Below are positions 18,066 through 24,000 of a DNA stretch of 24,000 nucleotides, one piece after another. Location: positions 1-24,000 of the forward strand of contig MQVI01000016.1 in the NCBI GenBank assembly GCA_002002485.1, written 5' to 3'. The position numbers and the translations under genes are program-made. Within the stretch, counting starts at the first letter, position 1, and each line of letters begins with the position of its first letter. The notes below the pieces were generated by a model that saw only the letters and a list, made by a program, of their open reading frames with translations, was not told the origin of the DNA and did no database searches. Source of the DNA: Pasteurellaceae bacterium 15-036681 (GTDB lineage: Bacteria; Pseudomonadota; Gammaproteobacteria; Enterobacterales; Pasteurellaceae).

Positions 18066-18097
18066 TATAAAAAAACGCGCATAAAAAATGCGCGTTT
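18066..18097 (-). terminator. Rho-independent terminator of adk
   Basis: Minus strand AAACGCGCAT-TTTTT-ATGCGCGTTT followed by further T residues (TTTTTTTATAC), 22 nt after the adk stop. Confidence 0.8.
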
Positions 18098-18119
18098 AGT
18101 CTTAAAATAATGAGTCAAA

Positions 18120-18782
<663 letters not shown>

Positions 18783-18886
18783 TCAAAAGAATAGCGGTAA
18801 CCTTAGCGATTACCGCCTAGAATTGCAAATTTATTTAATGTCCCTCTCTCTGATTTTCGCAAAAACGTTGTTTTGCTCAAATCTGT

Positions 18887-18910
18887 CTCTCTCCCGAAAT
18901 CGGGAGAGAG
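18887..18910 (-). terminator. Hairpin after ampG; weak terminator or RNA-stability element.
   Basis: 10-bp stem ctctctcccg / cgggagagag with a 4-nt loop, 14 nt after the ampG stop. The downstream tract ACAGATTTG is a poor U-run. Confidence 0.45.
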
Positions 18911-18924
18911 TTATACAGAGAGCA

Positions 18925-20199
18925 CTATTTCGCCTTTTCTGACCACGGTGCGACTTTAAATAACATCAACATACCTGGAATTCCCACAAAGAAGCAAATC
19001 CAGAAGAATGTGTAGTAGCCAAAATTTTCAACGAGTACACCGGAAAAAGCCCCAAATAGTTTGCTTGGAATTGCGGATAAACTGGTGAAAATAGCTAATT
19101 GAGTTGCGGTGTAGAGAGGATTAGTTTCTTTCGCCATAAAGGCAACGAAAGCCGCGGTACCTAAACCTACCCCGATATATTCACCGATAATTACTGTCGT
19201 TAGAACAAATAGTTCATAAGCGCCAACGGTCTTAAAGTGACCATGGCTTGCCATCCAGACGAAACCGAGGATAGTAATTAATTGTATAAAACCAAACGCC
19301 CATAGGGATTTATTAATCCCTAAGCGGATCATCATAATACCGCCAAGCATACCAGAAATAATTGATGCCCAAAGTGAGTTAATTTTCACGATGGTTCCAA
19401 TATCTGTTTTACTAAAGCCCATATCTAAAATAAATTTAGTCTGTAGCGAAGTTGCTAGAGAGTCGCCAAATTTATATAAGAAGATAAATAGGATTAACCC
19501 TAAACCTGCCATGAGTCCTTTACGACCAAAAAACTCTTTAAAAGGTTGAGCAAAGGCTTGATAGAAAGGCAAGCTACGATCAATTTGTGGTACATTTGGC
19601 TCTTTACTTAAGAATAAAGAGAGTACTAAACCCGGAATCATAAATAACGCCGTAAAGATAAATACGCTATCCCACGGCATACTATCTGCTAATACTAGGG
19701 ATACTCCCCCAGGAACTAAACCCGCAATACGGTAAGCATTTACGTGGATAGAATTACCTAAGCCTAATTCACTATCGCTTAAAATTTCACGACGATAAGC
19801 ATCCACTACGATGTCTTGTACCGCAGAGAATACTGCAATTGCTGTTGCGATAATGGCCACCGTTTGAATACTTTGTGATGGATTAAATTGACCTAATAAT
19901 GCAAGTAGTGCCAGTAAGCCAACTTGAGTCATAAACATCCAACTACGACGACGACCTAAGAAATTAGGATAGTAACGGTCAAGTAATGGCGAAATCATAA
20001 ATTTCCACGTATATGGGAAACCAATCAGCGTAAAGAAACCGATAGTTTTCACATCAACATTACTATCACTCATCCACGCAGGTACTAATTGGAATAACAC
20101 ATAAAGTGGTAAACCAGAAGTGAAACCAGTAAATATACAGAGCAACATATTTTTCGAGAAAATTTGTTGCCAAATTGATGGTTTAACTTGCTCGGACAT
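18925..20199 (-). CDS. ampG: AmpG-family muropeptide/MFS permease
   Basis: 424-aa 12-TM-like ORF. The N-terminal motif FTSGLPLYVLFQLVPAWM...LDRY is typical of AmpG. The adk-ampG-galE neighbourhood is conserved as in H. influenzae. Confidence 0.85.
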   Translation of the reverse strand: MSEQVKPSIWQQIFSKNMLLCIFTGFTSGLPLYVLFQLVPAWMSDSNVDVKTIGFFTLIGFPYTWKFMISPLLDRYYPNFLGRRRSWMFMTQVGLLALLALLGQFNPSQSIQTVAIIATAIAVFSAVQDIVVDAYRREILSDSELGLGNSIHVNAYRIAGLVPGGVSLVLADSMPWDSVFIFTALFMIPGLVLSLFLSKEPNVPQIDRSLPFYQAFAQPFKEFFGRKGLMAGLGLILFIFLYKFGDSLATSLQTKFILDMGFSKTDIGTIVKINSLWASIISGMLGGIMMIRLGINKSLWAFGFIQLITILGFVWMASHGHFKTVGAYELFVLTTVIIGEYIGVGLGTAAFVAFMAKETNPLYTATQLAIFTSLSAIPSKLFGAFSGVLVENFGYYTFFWICFFVGIPGMLMLFKVAPWSEKAK

Positions 20200-20212
20200 A
20201 GAGCCCCCTTAA

Positions 20213-21229
20213 TTATCCTTTATATCCGTTAGGATTATTCTTTTGCCAGTTCCAAGTATCTTTCATCATTTGATTTAAATCGCGTTCTGTTTTCCAGCCT
20301 AATACTTCTAAGGCTTTTTTCGGGTTTGAATAGCAAGTTGCAATATCACCGGGACGACGATCAACTAATTTATAAGGTACTTGGATTTCATTAGATTGCT
20401 CAAATGCTTTAACCATATCTAATACAGAATAGCCTGTGCCCGTACCTAAATTATAAATGTGGAAGCCTGCGTCATCTTGATGTTTTTCTAGCGCTTTTAA
20501 ATGACCAATTGCTAAATCTACAACATGAATATAATCACGAACACCTGTGCCATCGTAGGTATCATAATCGCTACCAAATACAGAAAGTTGCTGAAGTTTA
20601 CCTACTGCAACTTGGCTAATATAAGGTAATAAGTTATTTGGAATACCATTCGGGTCTTCGCCGATTAAGCCACTAGAATGTGCGCCAACTGGGTTAAAGT
20701 AGCGTAATACTACAGCACTAAATTGTGGGAACGCCTTGGTAGTATCTTCTAAGATACGTTCAACCATATATTTTGATGTACCATAAGGATTAGTTGTACC
20801 GCCAACAGGGCAGTTTTCAGTGATAGGAATCTCTGCAGGATCACCATAAACCGTTGCTGATGAACTAAATACGATAGTATTTACATTCGCTTTTAACATT
20901 TCTTCAACTAATACGATTGAACCTGTCACATTGTTTTGGTAGTAGTAAAGTGGTTTTTGTACACTTTCCCCTACTGCTTTTAAACCTGCGAAGTGGATAA
21001 CAGAGTCGATTTGATTTTCCGCAAAAATCTTGCGTAGGATTTCGCGATCTAAAATATCGCCTTGGTAAAATTTAGCTGTTTTGCCAGTAATTTTCTTTAC
21101 ACGCTCAAGTGATACTTCAGATGAGTTTGAAAGGTTATCTAATACTACGATATCGCGATTTGTATTTAATAACTCCACAACAGTATGCGAACCAATATAG
21201 CCAGCTCCGCCAGTAACTAAAATTGCCAT
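20213..21229 (-). CDS. galE: UDP-glucose 4-epimerase
   Basis: 338-aa ORF with Rossmann motif [11 protein letters not shown], catalytic YGTSK (YxxxK) and full-length GalE-like sequence. Its stop lies 13 nt before the ampG start, which has an AAGGGGG SD. Confidence 0.95.
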   Translation of the reverse strand: MAILVTGGAGYIGSHTVVELLNTNRDIVVLDNLSNSSEVSLERVKKITGKTAKFYQGDILDREILRKIFAENQIDSVIHFAGLKAVGESVQKPLYYYQNNVTGSIVLVEEMLKANVNTIVFSSSATVYGDPAEIPITENCPVGGTTNPYGTSKYMVERILEDTTKAFPQFSAVVLRYFNPVGAHSSGLIGEDPNGIPNNLLPYISQVAVGKLQQLSVFGSDYDTYDGTGVRDYIHVVDLAIGHLKALEKHQDDAGFHIYNLGTGTGYSVLDMVKAFEQSNEIQVPYKLVDRRPGDIATCYSNPKKALEVLGWKTERDLNQMMKDTWNWQKNNPNGYKG

Positions 21230-21308
21230 TTGTTTATCCTTATAGTCAACGTAATTGTTAATAGTGTACTCTTTTTACAGAGAAAGTGCTATGTAATCAA
21301 AAGCGAAT

Positions 21309-21965
21309 TTACTTATTCACTGGTAAACCTAATTGCTTAAATAATTTCTGTTTTTGGTGTTCATCTAGAATCTGATATTCACCATTGCCTAAATTACCGA
21401 GTTGAAAATTGCCTAATCCAACACGAATTAAACGCAGAGTAGGAAAACCAATATGGGCAGTCATACGGCGCACTTGACGATTTTTCCCCTCTGAAATTTT
21501 AAGCTCAATCCAAGATGTTGGAATCGATTTACGCTCTCGGATCTTTGGCGCAGTTTCCCAATTAAATTCAGGATCGGCAATCTGTTTAGCTTTTGCCGGC
21601 TTGGTTAAACCATCTTTTAATTCTATGCCTTTACGGAGTTTATCAAGATCTTGCTCTTTAGGAGCTCCTTCCACTTGCACCCAGTAGGTTTTTTCTTTTT
21701 CAAATTTAGGATTTGCCAAACGATGTTGAATCTCGCCATTGTTAGTTAGCAATAGTAAACCTTCGCTATCGCGATCTAATCGCCCAACGGGATATACATT
21801 TGGGATCGGTATAAAATCCTTGAGAGTTTGGCGATTTTGATCGTCAGTGAATTGAGTTAGCACATCATAGGGCTTATTCAATAACACGACGACAGTCTCA
21901 GCAAAAGAGATTGTTGGCTTTTTAGGACGTGGGGTAAAGGTTTTTCTCGTATAAGCTTTTTTCAT
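21309..21965 (-). CDS. rluE: 23S rRNA pseudouridine synthase RluE (RsuA/RluE family)
   Basis: 218-aa ORF with catalytic motif [17 protein letters not shown]. It is collinear with remembered E. coli RluE (NKPYDVL.QFTD......LK.FIP...[17 protein letters not shown]; [11 protein letters not shown]; [21 protein letters not shown]). Confidence 0.8.
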   Translation of the reverse strand: MKKAYTRKTFTPRPKKPTISFAETVVVLLNKPYDVLTQFTDDQNRQTLKDFIPIPNVYPVGRLDRDSEGLLLLTNNGEIQHRLANPKFEKEKTYWVQVEGAPKEQDLDKLRKGIELKDGLTKPAKAKQIADPEFNWETAPKIRERKSIPTSWIELKISEGKNRQVRRMTAHIGFPTLRLIRVGLGNFQLGNLGNGEYQILDEHQKQKLFKQLGLPVNK

Positions 21966-21980
21966 ATTATTTACATTTTC

Positions 21981-22078
21981 AAATCTCCCCTAGCCCCTCT
22001 TTTCTAAAGAGGGGAACAGATCTCCATATAAGTAGAGATAAGCCCCCTCTTTGACAAAGAGGGGGTTGGGGGAGATTT
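21981..22078. repeat. 98-bp composite dyad element: two near-identical GC-run hairpins enclosed by a perfect 10-bp inverted repeat.
   Basis: Outer arms are AAATCTCCCC (21981..21990) / GGGGAGATTT (22069..22078). Hairpin A is CCCCTCTTT-tct-AAAGAGGGG (21994..22014). Hairpin B is CCCCCTCTTT-gac-AAAGAGGGGG (22043..22065). The element fills nearly the whole pheA-rluE spacer. Confidence 0.6.
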
Positions 22079-22079
22079 T

Positions 22080-23237
22080 CTACAATTTCACTGGCTCAAT
22101 AATTTCACTTGGATAGCAACCTAACACTTTTAAGTAGCTAGTCACTTTCTCAAGCTCTGCCAATGCTTTTTGAGTATTTTCCGAATGAATATTTGCTTCT
22201 AATTCCACATAGAACATCTCTTCCCAAGGTTTACCATAAATTGGACGAGATTCTAATTTCATCATACGAATACCGTGAGTTTTAAATACCATTAATGCAT
22301 CAACTAATGCACCAGCTTGTTGTGTCGTAGTCATTAATAGCAATGTCTTAGTTTGAACCTGTGGTGAAACTTTCACTGGCTTTTTCGCAAGCACAATAAA
22401 ACGCGTGATGTTGTTTTTCTGGTTAGCAATATCCGTTTTTACTACTTCTAAGCCATACAATTTACCGCCATCTTCATTACCTAATGCGACACAATTTGGT
22501 TGATTTAGACGGGCAACCATCTGCATTGCATGGGAGCTACTTTCACAGTAGTGAACATGAACTTTATCTAAATTTTGGATAAATTGACTACATTGCTGTG
22601 CAGGCTGTGGATGTGTATAAATTGTATTGATTTCAGCTAAATCAATATGTTGTGGCGCGAGTACACAATGTTTGATCGGATAAGCCAATTCACCAACTAA
22701 CGCAAGATCCGTATGTTGAAGCAGATCATACACTTCATTGATTGATCCAGAAGTGGTATTTTCCAGTGGCAATACCCCAAAATCAGCGTCACCACTTTGT
22801 ACTTTTTCAAATACAGCATCAAAAGATTCACAACTTAACTCAATTAAAGAGTCTTGGTAATTTTTTGCAAATTGACGTGAAGCTAAATGTGAATATGAGC
22901 CATGCATGCCTAGAAAAGCAATAGTGGTATTCAGTTCTTTAATTTCATTAAGCTTGTTTTGCAGATAGTTTTGTTGAGTCAGAACCGAATCTTCGATAAT
23001 ACGTTGGAAGATTTGAGTAACGTACTGTGGATCTAGCTGATAATTTTCAGCTTCTGCATAGTTTACAAGTTCTTGTAGTAATTGTTTTTCTCGTACCACA
23101 TCACGCAAAGGTTTTTGGGTGATCTCTTTACTGCGTACAACGTCATAAGCAAGGCGATGACGCTCAGAAAGTAATTTTAATAGATCACGATCAACTTGGG
23201 TAATACGGTGACGGATATCTAATAGATCTAAAGACAT
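22080..23237 (-). CDS. pheA: Bifunctional chorismate mutase/prephenate dehydratase (P-protein). Start moved to the internal Met, giving 385 aa.
   Basis: Collinear with remembered E. coli PheA ([10 protein letters not shown]; IAFLG..GSYSHLA.RQ; [15 protein letters not shown]; ESRPI.G.PWEEMFY...; VLGCYPSE). ATG 23237..23235 is preceded by AGGAA. The resulting length matches E. coli (386 aa). Confidence 0.93.
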   Translation of the reverse strand: MSLDLLDIRHRITQVDRDLLKLLSERHRLAYDVVRSKEITQKPLRDVVREKQLLQELVNYAEAENYQLDPQYVTQIFQRIIEDSVLTQQNYLQNKLNEIKELNTTIAFLGMHGSYSHLASRQFAKNYQDSLIELSCESFDAVFEKVQSGDADFGVLPLENTTSGSINEVYDLLQHTDLALVGELAYPIKHCVLAPQHIDLAEINTIYTHPQPAQQCSQFIQNLDKVHVHYCESSSHAMQMVARLNQPNCVALGNEDGGKLYGLEVVKTDIANQKNNITRFIVLAKKPVKVSPQVQTKTLLLMTTTQQAGALVDALMVFKTHGIRMMKLESRPIYGKPWEEMFYVELEANIHSENTQKALAELEKVTSYLKVLGCYPSEIIEPVKL

Positions 23238-23304
23238 AATATTCCTAAATAATAAAATAAGTTTTACCAAGTATAACGAATTATACTCGGTACTTTAAAC
23301 GGAA

Positions 23305-24000
23305 TTATGCAATTCCTTTATGTCTTAACAATGCATCTAAGCTTGGCTTGCGACCACGGAAGCGTTCAAATAGCACCATTGGCTCTTCTGAACCGCCACG
23401 AGTTAAGATATTATCTAAGAAGGATTGACCAACTTCACGGCTGAAAATGCCTTCTTCTTCAAAACGTCCGAAAGCATCAGCTGAAAGCACTTCTGCCCAT
23501 AAATAGCTGTAGTAACCTGCCGCATAACCACCTGCGAAGATATGGCTAAAGCTATGTGGTGTGCGTACGAAAGTTGGCGAAGTAATCACTGCCACTTCTG
23601 CTTTCACTGCTTTTAAAGTATCCATCACTAAGTTTTCACATGGTTGTGCCATGTGTAAACGGAAGTCGAAGATACCAAACTCAAGCTGACGCAATACAAA
23701 CATTGCCGCTTGGTAATTTTTCGCTTTAAGTAATTGGGTTAATTTTTCTTTTGGTAATGGTTCGCCTGTTTCGTAGTGACCTGAAATAAATGCCAAAGCT
23801 TCTTCTTCCCAGCACCAGTTCTCTAAGAATTGGCTCGGTAATTCCACAGCATCCCAAGCCACGCCATTGATACCTGCCACATCTGGCACATCAATTTCAG
23901 TTAGCATATGATGAATACCGTGACCAAATTCGTGGAATAGCGTGGTTACTTCGTCATGGGTAAAGAGCGCAGGTTTATTCCCAATCGGCTTATTGAAGTT
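23305..24000 (-). CDS. prlC: Oligopeptidase A, C-terminal part (5' end outside the window)
   Basis: The frame is open from the window edge. Reverse-translation of 23908..24000 gives ...LFHEFGHGIHHMLT (HExxH zinc motif). This is followed by VAWDAVELPSQFLENWCW...HIFAGGYAAGYYSYLWAEVLSADAF, collinear with remembered E. coli PrlC. Confidence 0.9.
   Translation of the reverse strand, partial: NFNKPIGNKPALFTHDEVTTLFHEFGHGIHHMLTEIDVPDVAGINGVAWDAVELPSQFLENWCWEEEALAFISGHYETGEPLPKEKLTQLLKAKNYQAAMFVLRQLEFGIFDFRLHMAQPCENLVMDTLKAVKAEVAVITSPTFVRTPHSFSHIFAGGYAAGYYSYLWAEVLSADAFGRFEEEGIFSREVGQSFLDNILTRGGSEEPMVLFERFRGRKPSLDALLRHKGIA

Noticed and set aside
23238-23270. 11-codon N-terminal extension of pheA, and a possible pheL-type Phe-rich leader
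   Set aside because: The Met at 23237 has an AGGAA SD and matches the E. coli PheA length. The 67-nt prlC-pheA spacer contains no Phe-rich mini-ORF or alternative hairpins.

Overview
This looks like a Pasteurellaceae chromosomal segment. Evidence is adk-ampG-galE-rluE-pheA-prlC synteny, protein similarity to Haemophilus/E. coli orthologues recalled from memory, and ACAAGCGGT-type uptake signal sequences. All genes but one are on the minus strand. By coordinate: (1) a truncated IS-type transposase 5' end with a frame break in an A6 run; (2) an intact dipeptide ABC operon, dppA-dppB-dppC-dppD-dppF, transcribed right to left; (3) a lactose module, lacY then lacZ, with its own CRP-like site and promoter; (4) an AT-rich orphan two-gene cassette (163 aa acidic protein plus a 45 aa very basic protein absent from the ORF track), closed by a perfect 12-bp terminator; (5) a divergent LacI-family regulator, the only plus-strand gene; (6) a second 530-aa DppA paralogue in the same orientation as the first, so the two paralogues bracket the lac module; (7) a Fur-box-controlled siderophore-type ABC operon (binding protein, two permeases, ATPase); (8) housekeeping genes adk, ampG, galE, rluE, pheA and the 3' part of prlC. 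The most interesting signal is upstream of the second DppA paralogue. It has a sigma70-like promoter, a 14-codon leader ORF (MNNIRKHHHHHLPE, five consecutive His codons), mutually exclusive stems and a strong intrinsic terminator, which is a textbook his-type attenuator placed in front of a peptide-binding protein rather than a biosynthetic operon. Other notable items are the orphan cassette with a 17-nt-arm inverted repeat in its promoter region, TTAGCTAA-core operator-like palindromes in the lac module, a terminator-like hairpin plus AACACAAC motif in the dppA leader, and a G/C-run dyad repeat family. No rRNA, tRNA or CRISPR array was seen. All calls come from reading the sequence and from remembered family features; no database search was possible.
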